From positions 98,456,001 through 98,520,000 of the forward strand of contig OX597819.1 in NCBI GenBank assembly GCA_951406725.2: a stretch of DNA of 64,000 nt. The letters run 5' to 3'. Position 1 is the stretch's first letter. Every line of letters begins with the position of its first letter. Made by a program: the position numbers and the translations under genes. This document shows, piece by piece, positions 37,332-50,619 of this stretch. This DNA is from Octopus vulgaris (taxonomy: Eukaryota). The notes under the pieces were generated by a model. That model did no database searches, had not been told where the DNA came from, and saw only the letters and a program-made list of their open reading frames with translations.

Positions 37332-38097
37332 GAATATCGAAAAGAGTAGATGTTTCTTGTCATAACATCATTTAATTACGTTGATTACTCTTTTACTCTT
37401 TTACTTGTTTCACTCATTTGACTGCGGCCATGCTGAAGCACCGCCTTTAGTCGAGGAAATCGACCCCAGGACTTATTCTTTGTAAGCCTAGTACTTATTC
37501 TATCGGTCTCTTTTGTCGAAGCGCTAAGTTACGGGGTCGTAAACACACCAGCATCGGTTGTCAAGCGATGTTGGAGGGGGTAAAAATACAGACACACAAA
37601 CACATACATGTATATATATATATACATACATACGACGGGCTTCTTTCAGTTTCCGTCTACCGAATCCACCCACAAGGCTTTGATCGGCCCGAGGCTATAG
37701 TAGAAGACACTTGCCCAAGGTGCCACGCAGTGGGACTGAACCCGGAACCATGTGGTTGGTAAGCAAGCTACTTACCACACAGCCACTCAAAATATTTGTT
37801 TTGCAAAGTCTGAACCTGTGCAAAACTTCAATAGAGAATATGAACAAATTAGAGCAGAGAAAATAAAATACTAGAATCATAAGGGAAACTAGAGAACAGA
37901 ATAACTACTAACAACTACAATTAGTGTTAAGATGGGGATTGCTCAGGAATGATGGGAAGAAACCTAAAGGGTCCACTCTTTGTCCTTGGGCTAGAAGCAA
38001 ATGCTTTGTATGAAACACCACCTTAGTGATTCAACTACTTCATCAAACGTCCTTAAAGCTGCAGAGATGAATGTTGCTCCATCCAAAGCTGAACAAA
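37332..38097 (+). repeat. local duplication copy 1 (about 365 bp plus SINE); copy 2 at 40249-40620
   Basis: colinear similarity, e.g. GTAGATGTTTCTTGTCAT, AATTAGAGCAGAGAAAATAAAATACTAGAATCATAAGG, CACTCTTTGTCCTTGGGCT. Confidence 0.9.
37387..37788 (-). mobile_element. SINE family A inserted into one copy of a local duplication
   Basis: homology to family A; the flanks are contiguous in the paralogous copy at about 40303. Confidence 0.9.
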
Positions 38098-39169
38098 GGA
38101 TCTCGCATGGCTAATAACGCAGTATTCGGTGTATAAACAAGTAATCCACGTTGAGCGGCTATAAAGATTACCTTTTGATGTTGATACTGCTTCCGTCGCT
38201 AATAATTAATTATTAATAAGCCTGTCGGCTATTTGCGGCATCAGCGTCTGAAAAGGTGCTAATATTTTGTACATTGTAGCAGCGAGGTTTGATTGGCATG
38301 CGATGTCCGGATGCCTTCCACTGATTCTCGTCTGCTATGATCTATGTTTGTGCTTTTTTGCACCAAGCGCCTATATGAGAGGTTCACTCAAGGCCAATAA
38401 CGCAGTATTCGGTATTTTAAGAAGGCATCCATGTTAAGTTGCAAATAAAGATAACGTTTTAGTATCAATATTGTTTCCGTCACTAATAATTAAAACAATT
38501 ATTATTTTAATAATTTCTTGTTAAACAATCTGACAAAATAATAAAAAAAATTTGTATTTATTGATTAATGTGCTCTGTACATGAAGTAGATGTAATTAAA
38601 ATAACGATCTGAGATAAAGATTTTATCCCATTCAAAACAGGTTAAAGATTCAAAGTTCTGCTGCCATTATGAATATGGGAAAACATCACTTTCTTAAAAA
38701 GGAGCAGTTTGCATCAAGTTTTCCGGGAGCAACAAAATCAACTTAATAAATATATTCTTTACATTAATAAATTTACTAGTTTGATCAGGATCATTGCTCT
38801 TGGCGATGAACAAAATTAAAGGATTAGAAGAGTTTAGTGACAAACATTTTTTCAAAAGAAATGTGATATGAAAATCCCCACGTTTTTTATTGAGATGTTA
38901 TTGCTATATTTTGCAACTTAAGAGCAAACTTCGTTTTTCAAAGGATTGCTATGCTTATAGTTTCAAGCTACTAACAAGTAAAAGGAATCTCAGTATCTAC
39001 TGTTGTAAATATTCTTATATTTTTGTTCGTAGTTCATTAGAAGAATATGAGAGAGGGAGAAAGAAGAGAAATAAAGGTAAACCTAGTTTCAAATTTACAT
39101 TATGTATGCTCATGGTGAACTCTTTATCAGAACAATTCGATTTATGTTTCACTTGCGAATATATCAAAT

Positions 39170-40210
39170 GCAGTACCTCTTCTTATTTGCAATAAGAACT
39201 GCAGTTGTATTATTGGCTTTCTTCAGGATTTGAAATGCGTTTAATTCTTGCAGTTTCCAGTGATTGTACACTTTCTCCTGTATACCGTTTTGAGTTATAG
39301 ATCTACTAATCCGTGACATCGCCCGATTTTCAGTTTGTTTATGTGCATTCATGTATATATAAGCTGGGTGCTGGAAGGAGAAAGTGTGTGGTATGTACCG
39401 CTTTTGAAATGACAATCCTACATATATCAAAGATTGTGGAACAATCTACAACCAGTGGCGTCACAATAGTTAGTGCTACCCAATACAGTAAGGCATGGTG
39501 CCGCGTCTCTCATGGACCTCATCTCTCTAGATCTTACGGAATTCTTTGTAGGGTAATTTTTTTGTATTAATGTTAGTTGTAAATCAACATTGCCCGGTTG
39601 ATCATCATGTATGAACATTTATCTTGCTCAAACTCCATTCCTCTATCTTGTGAGAATGTTGAAACTAGTTCTAATTGTCTCTTGATGTTGATCATATTAC
39701 CAGGTGATCAAAAAAAAAATGTATGGGTAACATTGATTTTACTTTTTTTCTGCATGTCTCAGCATGTAGCTAAAGCTGACAAGGGGTTCGCTACCAGTAC
39801 AAACAACATTACAGATTAACTACAACTCTGGAATATGCCTGTTGAAAACTTAATTCTGCTTGTAACAATAGTTGCTGCTTTAGTAGTTGTTAGTGATAAC
39901 TATGTTGATTATGTTGTGGCCAGTCTTTCAGAAACATTCACTATAGAAGCTGGTACTTTGGCGAGGTGTCGGGTTTCTCATCCATGAGTGAGGCACAGCG
40001 TCGAGCGCCTTCTTGTAGTCCACCCATATTGTTAAGGGATTACAGCAATGCTGCTTGGTTTCCTTAAAGACAGCTTTTTTGAGGAGGAGCTGTTCAGCAC
40101 AGCCCCTGACTTCTTTCTTTCTTCCTATCTGTTCATTAGTTATCACATCATTTGTTTGACAGTGGTCTCGGAGAAGCATATTCAGACAACCGAATGGAAC
40201 CATGATCATA
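39170..40210 (-). mobile_element. decayed R4/Dong-like non-LTR retrotransposon RT
   Basis: NEQIGRKKEVRGCAEQLL, WVDYKKALDAVPHSW, QLELVSTFSQDRGMEFEQDKC. Confidence 0.75.
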
Positions 40211-41049
40211 CGTGGATAATAGGTTTTAAGTTTAAAATAAGTGATACGGAATATCGAAAAGGGTAGATGTTTCTTGTCATGACATCATTTAATTACGTTG
40301 ATTAAAATATTTGTTTTGCAAAGTCTCAACCTATCCAAAACTTCAGTAGAGAATATGAACGAATTAGAGCAGAGAAAATAAAATACTAGAATCATAAGGA
40401 AATCTAGGGAACAGAATAATTACTAACAACCACAATTGGTATTACAATGGGTAGTGTTCGGGAATGATGGCAAGAAAACTGAGAGACTCACTCTTTGTCC
40501 TTGGGCTTCATAGAAGCAGATGCTTTGCATGAGACGCGACCTTAGTGATACATCAGAATCATCAAACGTCTTTAAAAGCTGCAGCGGAGGGGAAGGTTAC
40601 TCCATCCATAGCCGAACAAAATGTGACATTGAAATATAATTACTTTGTTGGTATTTTGTTGAAAGCTACATTTTCAACGTGTGGCTTTTGAGACGTTTGT
40701 CGGGCACTAGACCGCTGACAAAGATGTTTTTTGTCATTCCTAACGTTCTACCTCACTGAAACACCAGATGATGCCCTGGAGAGAATCCGACTGTTCCAGT
40801 GCCCCAGCCTCGCAGTCACCCACCGTGAATGTTTTAGATTCTGTATTGTTATAATTTATGGAGTGGAAATAACCCATAATTTTATTTATTTATTATTTTT
40901 TTTTCAGTTTAACTCTGTTTTCCAAAATCAGTTTTTATTGTTAATTTTATAAACAGATGGCGGTGCCCCAGCATGGCCACAGCTCGTGAGCTGAAACTAG
41001 ATAAAATAAAAAAATAATAAAATAAAATAAAATGTAACCATAAGCAACA

Positions 41050-41735
<686 letters not shown>

Positions 41736-41832
41736 AAAAGAAATTGCACAATGACTTTGATTTTAAATTTCATAATAATCAGATATTCAGAAATAAGCAG
41801 TGTGTGTATATGTATGTGTATGTGCGTGTGTG

Positions 41833-41911
<79 letters not shown>

Positions 41912-42034
41912 AGGGAGAAAGAGAGAGAGAAAGAAAGTGGCAAAAGGAGAGCGATAGTAAAAGACAAGTCGTGTGCCTCATCACAGGAAATCGTGAAAAG
42001 GAAAGAAAAAGAGAAAGAGTATGCTACAAGGTTA

Positions 42035-42052
42035 TCTATTATATAAAATCCG

Positions 42053-42089
<37 letters not shown>

Positions 42090-42240
42090 TTCTAGGATCT
42101 CGGGCATCCTCCATCAGATTGCGCTCAAATTTGATATGTAGATACCGACGGTATCAGGGCGTGTATAAGTCTTGAAAATTTACAAAAATCGATTCCCGGT
42201 GAGAATGCAATCGATAAAGCCGTTTTTGTCCCTATTTTCT
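42035..42240 (+). mobile_element. Helitron-like 5' fragment
   Basis: A|TCTATTATATAAAA followed by (GT)n and ...CAAATTTG...; no 3' CTAG end identified. Confidence 0.5.
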
Positions 42241-42662
42241 TCGGTCAACCCGTACATAACTGCACCTTCCATTTTTTGTTGTTTTTTTACTGCTTAAAGG
42301 CACGTTTCTTTCCTGCCAAGCTTACTGTTTAATCCATGTTTGTGTTCTCCCAGTCAACAGCCTTATCATTACTGGTACTTTAAACTCTTCGGTTGCATAT
42401 TTGTCTGAATAAAATCGTTTTTCTTTGGAATAGAAAAAAAGTCTATCTTTATGTTTCAAATTTAGGTTAAATCAGTGTTTCTCAAAGGGGAGGCCTATGG
42501 GACGGACGGACAATTTGTTTTGGGAAAATTTGGGTTAAATGTTTGACAACTCAGCACCAACCATTTTGCTCTATTTCGTATATAAACGCTTGACTGACTG
42601 TAAAGCGGTGGTGGAGTACAAACACCGATATAAAGACACATGCACGCGCGCGCACGCACACG

Positions 42663-42727
<65 letters not shown>

Positions 42728-45700
42728 TGGACTACTTTCAGTTTCCGCCTACCAAATCCACTCAAAAGGCGTTGGTCAGCCCAAAGCTATAGAAGACATT
42801 TGGCCAAGGTGCCACGCAGCAGAAGTGAACCGGGAACCCATGAAAATATTTTCTTCCTTTAAATAGCTAGTGCCAACCGAAGCAAATAATTTTGAAGAAA
42901 TATATCCTTCATCTGGGAAACATTTATAAAAGTCCATCTGGTCAGTCAGGCGCAGGCATGATTCTGAAGTTCAAAAGCTCACTTTGATTTCGGGTTTAGT
43001 CCCACTGCACGGCGCCTTTGGCAGGTGTCTTGTAGTATAGCCACGGACCGACTAATGCCTTGTGAGTGAATTTGGTAGACGGAAATTGTGTGAAAGCCTG
43101 TCATATATGTGTGTCTTTGTGTTTGGTACCTCCCCACATCGCTTGACAGCTGGAGTTGGTTTGTTTAGTGCCTCTGACTGTCACTTGCTACGACTCCGTC
43201 TGTTGTTTTAGTTTCCCTCTACCAGCGTGACCGGAGTGTGAAACACTTGGCATTTTATTGTAAGATTACACCAATTAATTTCCATGTTTGAAATACTGTG
43301 TGGTTTGTGTGAAATGTGTTTACTATTTTCTTGTGATTCTTAAATGAGATCGAATGCATGTAAGAAACTGTAAATGAAATGCTTTTGTTCTTTAGTCCTA
43401 AATCAGCTCTAGTCAAGCAGAGTTACAATCAAAGTAGTTTACCGCCATGAAGGAGCTCTCATGTTTATATTAGGGACTACAATGGAAATTGCCGTAAAAT
43501 TCTGTGCATGATATACAATTTTACTCCCGCAAAATCATGATAGATGGATAGATGCATAGATAAAGAGATAGAAAGCTAGCTAGCTAGATAGATTCATATA
43601 TATCCACGTGTTTACACCTTCATTGTTTTCTCTTCTCGATGTAGTGGTTGCTGTTATTTCGCTCCGAATCAGCTCTGATTCAAAAGACCTAATGAATGTC
43701 ATTTCAATCCTCATCAGTTTATCGTTTACTCAGACCTGACATACGACTACGTTATTTAATGTGCTTTCAGCCAGTTGAGTCTGATTTGAATTGAATTAAT
43801 CTATTATTTATTAATAATGATAATTAATAATTCTTTGTCATTTTGGAACAAGGCAAGCAATTTAGAAGAGTCGAATCGATTATACCGATCCTAGATATCG
43901 GCTGGTATTTCTTCTATCAACTTTGAAAGTATGAAGGGCAGAGTCAACATCGGCGGCATTTTAACTCAGAAGGCAAGGAACCGGCAGAAATGCTACTGCT
44001 TTATTAGATATAACTTGTAGTAAGCAGGTTATGTATAATAAAACATTGTATTAGGCTGCAAGTTTTTACCATCCTCATATATCAAGGCAAATATAACCAG
44101 CAATAAACCTTTATTATTTTCCATTATATATAAATTCACCGTTCTTTATATGCCCCTCTTTCTCACTCTTCCTCCTTTACTCTCTCGTTGCTCCCACGTG
44201 GTCATCGGCCATCTTTCTTTTCCTGACTTGAGCTTCTTTCCTTTTGATCCACCACACAGATCACACGCATTCTTGTTTTTGGCGCATGGGATCAGAACTA
44301 TAAAATTCTTTATGCTTTTTTTCTATCATTGAAGCTAAGATAAATATATTTTGCTCTTAAAATAAAAGAAGTTATTTAGATCTAAAATTTGCTGGTGGTG
44401 TTACTTACTCTTCTATAATGTTGCTACAAATTTTGATGTAAATGTTTTTTCTACTGGATTAAATCTCATTTTTTTTAATGCTAAAATGTAGCTTGGGACC
44501 ATTCAATTAATTTTGTTTCCGTCTTCATAATGCTTGTATTCAGGAAACGAGTCTCTCGGTTCCAGTTAATGACTATAAAAAACAAACGTAGAAATTGTTA
44601 GCAAGCGTATAAACATAAAGGCATATACTCTTTTCTACTCTAGGCACAATGCCCAAAATTTTGGGTGAGAAGGACAGTCGATTAGATCGATCCCAGTACG
44701 CACCTGGTGCTTAATTTATCGACCCCGAAAGAACGATAGGCAAAGTCGACCTCGGCGGAATTTCATAAAGGCATATATTGTTGGTCAATCTGTATGAGTC
44801 TTGTTATACGAAAATATTTGGACAGACGGTACCTTAGGGACAAGTGGACAACAGGTAGCTCTGAAAGCCGTATTGGGTAACCCTGGCCCAGGTCATAGAA
44901 ACAATAAGAATTATAAAATATAGCATGCACAACAGAACGAGAACAAGGATCAATATCTGTCATTGATAGATTGTTCAAAGAAACCTGGTATCGAATAAAA
45001 AGCAGCTTTTATCTGTACACTCATTGGATAAAGTAGTCTTAGTTGCATTTAGTAAGGTTAGACTTGGATTTAATTTCTTGAAGTGCTGGGAATAACGACG
45101 TGTAACTAACTTTTCATTTCTTCTCCGAAACAAAACTGTGACGTGTTAAATTCTCAGAAACATTTTATTTGTTGTAGTTTAGCTTCCTGTTTTAACGCTG
45201 TTTTTGTATATCAGAAACTGTAATTTTGCTAAGTCCTTCTTCTTTGATGGTACGGTGTCATTTGCTATTTGTACAAGGTGAAGTGACAAAGTACATGCTC
45301 CCTTATTTGGTTTATCTTTGAGTAATTTTTAGAAATGATCCTGCATTGACCATCAAGTTAAACATGCAGCATTTGTCTTGTTATAATTTGATAGTATTAA
45401 AGAAAAAAAAAAGCCTATAAAAATAGCAGAATATTAAATCCGTAAAATGTCAGAAAGTATAAGATTTATTTTAAAAAATAATTGAATATTACTTCTTCAA
45501 AAACAGAAAGTAGGTGTATAGAATGTCAAAAATTATATCAGATTATTAGGTCATATGTAAATGAGTTGATTAACAATGAACTCACCTAAATACCACTATT
45601 TGCGACAAATATATTTTTCGCTCCAATCATAGGTGACGGTTTGTGGTCTGTACAGCACTAAATATACTCTTTGTCCAAGCCTGTAATTTGCTGAAATCTC

Positions 45701-45827
45701 TTCTAAATTTCGGTAAGTTTCAAACTATTCATATTTACTTGTATATTTCTTTCGATGAAATTAACTTAAACTCTATTAATAGTTTATAGATTAAAGCAGC
45801 ATATAATTTTTTGATCTAAAATATAAG

Positions 45828-46039
45828 TTCCAAATTTTGGCACAAGGCCAGAAATTTTGGGGGACAGATTAAGTCGATTACATTGACTCCAGTGCTCAAA
45901 TGGTACTTATATTATCGACCCCGAAAGAATGAAAGGTAAAGTCGATCTCCGCAGAATTTCAACTTATAACGTAAAAACTGACGAAATGCCGCTAAGCATT
46001 TTACCCGGCGTGTTAACGATTCTGCCACTTCGCTGCCTT
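45828..46039 (-). mobile_element. SINE family B
   Basis: homology to family B. Confidence 0.75.
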
Positions 46040-47599
46040 TATTTTGGGTCTGAAATACTGAAAGGAACCAATGTGCGTGAGAGCGCATATCTTGTTATTA
46101 ATTTTGTTGTCGTTGATTTTGTTGTTATTATGTGAGATTGTGTATATATAAGATGTGTATGAGGTGTTGGAATTCAGCTCTGCTCAGCATTTGAACTTTC
46201 GAACTTGTGGTTAAAAGTGTTCTATTTATAGTCATAGCTGCATTAAAAAAAATAATAAACTCTATATTGCAAATTAGATTGTCATTGTCCATCTGCAAAG
46301 TTTCCTCAAGCGAGAGCGTGGTGGCCAGAAGATACTCGTTCTATTGGTGGGCACTTAGTTTAGTTTTCTTGGTAAATAATTTTTTTTTAGCTAAAATAAT
46401 AGAAACTGTCTAAGGTTTCACAACATTGAATGAGTTAAATATTGAGTTTGAGATGAAAGAAAAGTAATTTTTATATTTTGGCAATGGCTGGAATTTTACT
46501 AACAGAAAACGTAGTAGAATTACGAGAAATTATTCAAGTTTTTTTGGGGGATGGCTGGATATTTAACAGAAACTGAAGTGAAGTAAGCGAAACTATTAAA
46601 TCGTTTTCCATAGTCGTAACCAGCAGTAAAATATTTTGTTAGAAATTACTAATTTCAGAGAAAATTTGACTAATTCCCGAAAACTATTTTCGAATTCATT
46701 GGAATTAAATACTGAAATATATTTGGAATCTATAGAAAATGTTAAGTTTGATGGTAGTGGAAGAAAAGGTCGTACGAAGAACACCGATATGATCGAGGTG
46801 GATGGAAGTATTGTCTAAAAGGAGGAGTTATATTTCGTAGACGAAATTCTACAGCGATTAATATATTCGCGTTGGGATCTATCAGAAAGTATTAAGAATG
46901 AATACGTACGTAATTGTTTATGCAATGATGTAAAAATGGGAAGTCGGATTAAGCGTTGTTTCTTTGTCTTTCTGAAGAGGTCACAGGATGAATTAAAAAA
47001 TAATGATCGAAAAAGCCACAGAAAGAATTTTCTGATATAATTAAAAAGGGCTTTAATAAACAGTTTTTAAGGCAGTTTTTTCAGAGTGCTATTTGTTCAT
47101 GGACCGAATCATATTCTTTATAAAACGTATTTGGTATTCACTAAAAAATTGAGGATAATAACAGAACTGTGAAGCACCGTTGTCGAATAATAGAATTATT
47201 ATTAACTGTTTAGAATGACTTTATTTAAATTATTCAAGGAAGACTACACTTATTGGTCATACACCAATTTGTGTTATAGCGTAATATAAATGACAGTTTC
47301 ACATAATTCACTGTAAACACTGGTGGCAAAGATATTGAGCAACATAAATTGTTGAAGCCTTTAAAAACAGAGCTTAATATTTTATATCGTAGGTTGCTAG
47401 TTCTACTATGAATGGATGTAATTGAATACAAATATTTTGATTATTTAGATCATTACAGAACGATCAATATAAGTGTATGGAGCATAAGATTCTAGACTAT
47501 TTAAAAAACTTTATTATAGGTATACAAACAAATGCCAAACTGCTTAGATAAATGTCACTACTGTGAAACCCCTAAGAATGTCACTTTTGTTGCATTCTG

Positions 47600-48000
47600 T
47601 ATCGTATTGCATTTAGTGAATTGGTTTAGAAATGTTAATATCTTTTATCTTCTATGAATGCAACCGGAAATGTAATCAGTGTTTATTGAGTAGAGAAACT
47701 TGTATATGATTTGGCAACGCATATTAATATCGATTTGATATCAACGCTAATATTATTATTTTGCAAACACCATATAAACTTTGACAAACTTTTGTAATTG
47801 TTTCTAAATTTGCTCTTAAATGAATGAAGATGCTGGGTACAGCGATATTTGAATGAGTTCGATGACATTCCGGTATAAGATTTCAAAACACTATCAATCT
47901 TCATATTAGTCCAGTAAATAATACCTTTAGTAGTATATCGAAGTTGCAGATGGTAGTCATTCAAGTGAGTACAATTACAAGATGAGATGTAGACTATTAG
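47600..48000 (-). mobile_element. Penelope-like GIY-YIG endonuclease remnant
   Basis: CNC...KGIIY...KSYTGMSSNSFKYRCTQHLHSFK...SLSKFIW. Confidence 0.75.
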
Positions 48001-48087
48001 GCAGTTGCTGATTTAAAGAATTTAAATCTATGTAAAATTAGACAATGATTGTCCAAAATTTGGAGTGGTAGAATTCAAGACTTGCTG

Positions 48088-48127
48088 CAATAGCAACAAC
48101 AATAACAATAACAACAGCAGTAGCAGT

Positions 48128-48179
<52 letters not shown>

Positions 48180-48212
48180 GCAGCAGCAGCAGCAGCTGCT
48201 GCTGCTGCTGCT

Positions 48213-48275
<63 letters not shown>
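48088..48275. repeat. compound trinucleotide microsatellite (AAC)n(AGC)n(TGC)n(TAC)n
   Basis: direct reading. Confidence 0.95.
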
Positions 48276-48575
48276 AATTCCCCCCAACAGTAATTCTGAA
48301 GAATTCATTACACAAAATATGTATTATTATGTCGTTATCTCGTCTTTTAGTATGTAGAGAATTTCATTGACAATGTGTACTCTTAATGTAAGTTGGTTGA
48401 ATGTGACTTTAGGTAAATTTGGCTACTATTACAGTAGATTGAATTACAGTTTATGTAAGATGGTTATAAGTTACTCAGGGATGGTATGCTGGCAGTACAG
48501 AGGTAGTACAGGCAATATTTCGGTTACACACACAGACACACACAGACACACACAGACACACACACAGACACACGT

Positions 48576-48648
<73 letters not shown>

Positions 48649-48776
48649 CGCAACGGTTATCGCAAAAGGCCTGGAGGGAGGCCCAACATTCCGAGTTCTT
48701 TTTAGAAAAACTGAAGGACAGCTGCAATAAGTGTGTGAATCTAGGATGGGAATTTGTTGAATAAAATCATAACTAA

Positions 48777-49199
48777 GGCGCAGGAGTGGCTGTGTGGTAA
48801 GTAGCTTGCTAACCAACCACATGGTTCCGGGTTCAGTCCAACTGCGTGGCATCTTGGGCAAGTGTCTTCTGCTATAGCCCCGGGCCGACCAATGCCTTGT
48901 GAGTGGATTTGGTAGACGGAAACTGAAAGAAGCCTGTCGTATATATGTATATATATATAAGTGTGTGTGTATATGTTTGTGTGTCTGTGTTTGTCCCCCT
49001 AGCATTGCTTGACAACCGATGCTGGTGTGTTTACGTCCCCGTCACTTAGCGGTTCGGCAAAAGAGACCGATATAATAAGTACTGGGCTTACAAAGAATAA
49101 GTCCCGGGGTCGATTTGCTCGACTAAAGGCGGTGCTCCAGCATGGCCGCAGTCAAATGACTGAAACAAGTAAAAGAGTAAAAGAGTAAGAGTAAGAGTA
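48777..49199 (+). mobile_element. SINE family A, full length, young
   Basis: GGCGCAGGAGTGGCTGTGTGG head to AAAAGAGT-repeat tail; CpGs retained. Confidence 0.92.
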
Positions 49200-49338
49200 A
49201 CCGATCGCCCTGTGTTTTTTATCATAAGCCAGGAAATTTTCAGTATCCCTCGTATATCTATACAGATAGTGTGGTTGTGCTTGAAAATGGCATGTATATA
49301 TGTAAATATATATATAAATAAATATATATACATACATA

Positions 49339-49392
<54 letters not shown>

Positions 49393-49418
49393 TATAAATA
49401 AATATATATACATACATA

Positions 49419-49460
<42 letters not shown>

Positions 49461-49482
49461 TATAAATAAATATATATGCATA

Positions 49483-49699
49483 TACTCTTTTACTCTTTTA
49501 CTTGTTTCAGTCATTTGACTGCGGCCATGCTGGAGCACCGCCTTTAATCGAGCAACTCGACCCCGGGACTTTTGCAAGCCCAGTACTTATTCTATCGGTC
49601 TATTTTGCCGAACCGCTAAGTAACGGGGACATAAACACACTAGCATCGGTTGTCAAGCAATGCTAGGGGGACAAACACAAACACACAAACACACACACA

Positions 49700-49783
<84 letters not shown>

Positions 49784-50014
49784 AGAAGCCCGTCGTATAT
49801 ATGTATGTATGTATATATATATATATATATATACATACATATATACATATATACGACGGGCTTCTTTCAGTTTCCGTCTACCAAATCCACTCACAAGGCT
49901 TTTGTCGGCCCGAGGCTATAGTAGTAGACACTTGCCCAAGGTGCCACGCAGTGGGACTGAACCCGGAACCATGTGGTTGGTAAGCAAGCTACTTACCACA
50001 CAGCCGCTCCTGCG

Positions 50015-50016
<2 letters not shown>
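49483..50016 (-). mobile_element. SINE family A, full length, young
   Basis: inverted relative to 48777-49199. Confidence 0.92.
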
Positions 50017-50070
<54 letters not shown>

Positions 50071-50085
50071 CAAATATATATATAA

Positions 50086-50118
<33 letters not shown>

Positions 50119-50239
50119 CATGCATATATTATAATAAATTAGAGACAAAACCACTATTATGCAAATCAAACAAAGAAAGACTTAAGCCAATACATAAAAT
50201 ATAAAATAATTTATATAAATTAAAATTTAACAAATGAAT

Positions 50240-50291
50240 AACCACTACGATCGTTTCGTGTCAGCACATCTTAGACATTCTTCAGGTGGTT
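50240..50291 (-). ncRNA. hammerhead ribozyme motif, tandem copy 1
   Basis: reverse complement of 50568-50619. Confidence 0.68.
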
Positions 50292-50446
50292 TCTAAACCT
50301 TCTTAGCGAGTTATAAACTATGTTTATAACATAGTTTATAATAAATTAGAGACAAAACCACTATTATGCAAATCAAACAAAGAAAGACTTAAGCCAATAC
50401 ATAAAATATAAAATAATTTATATAAATTAAAATTTAACAAATGAAT

Positions 50447-50498
50447 AACCACTACGATCGTTTCGTGTCAGCACATCTTAGACATTCTTCAGGTGGTT
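50447..50498 (-). ncRNA. hammerhead ribozyme motif, tandem copy 2
   Basis: reverse complement of 50568-50619, 207 bp from copy 1. Confidence 0.68.
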
Positions 50499-50567
50499 TC
50501 TAAACCTTCTTAGCGAGTTATAAACTATGTTTATAACATAGTTTATAACTCGCTAAGAAGGTTTAGA

Positions 50568-50619
50568 AACCACCTGAAGAATGTCTAAGATGTGCTGACA
50601 CGAAACGATCGTAGTGGTT
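50568..50619 (+). ncRNA. minimal type I hammerhead ribozyme motif
   Basis: AACCAC-CUGAAGA-A-UGUC(11-nt loop)GACA-C-GAAAC-GAUC-GUA-GUGGUU; 6-bp stem I, palindromic stem III ACGAUCGU, GUA cleavage triplet; pair 10.1-11.1 is an A-C mismatch. Confidence 0.7.

Noticed and set aside
39313-39570. RRKCVVC motif suggesting a piggyBac cysteine-rich domain
   Set aside because: The remaining Cys/His ligands are absent and the region lies within an opposite-strand R4-like LINE remnant
46636-46818. IEVDGS motif suggesting a Merlin/IS1595-type transposase
   Set aside because: Too short and degenerate; no TIRs or further catalytic motifs seen
48028-48370. Poly-N/S/L/C ORFs
   Set aside because: Trinucleotide microsatellite translations with no splice or homology support
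48777-48850. tRNA genes at SINE heads
   Set aside because: A/B boxes are present but continue into a shared SINE body and tail; no convincing cloverleaf
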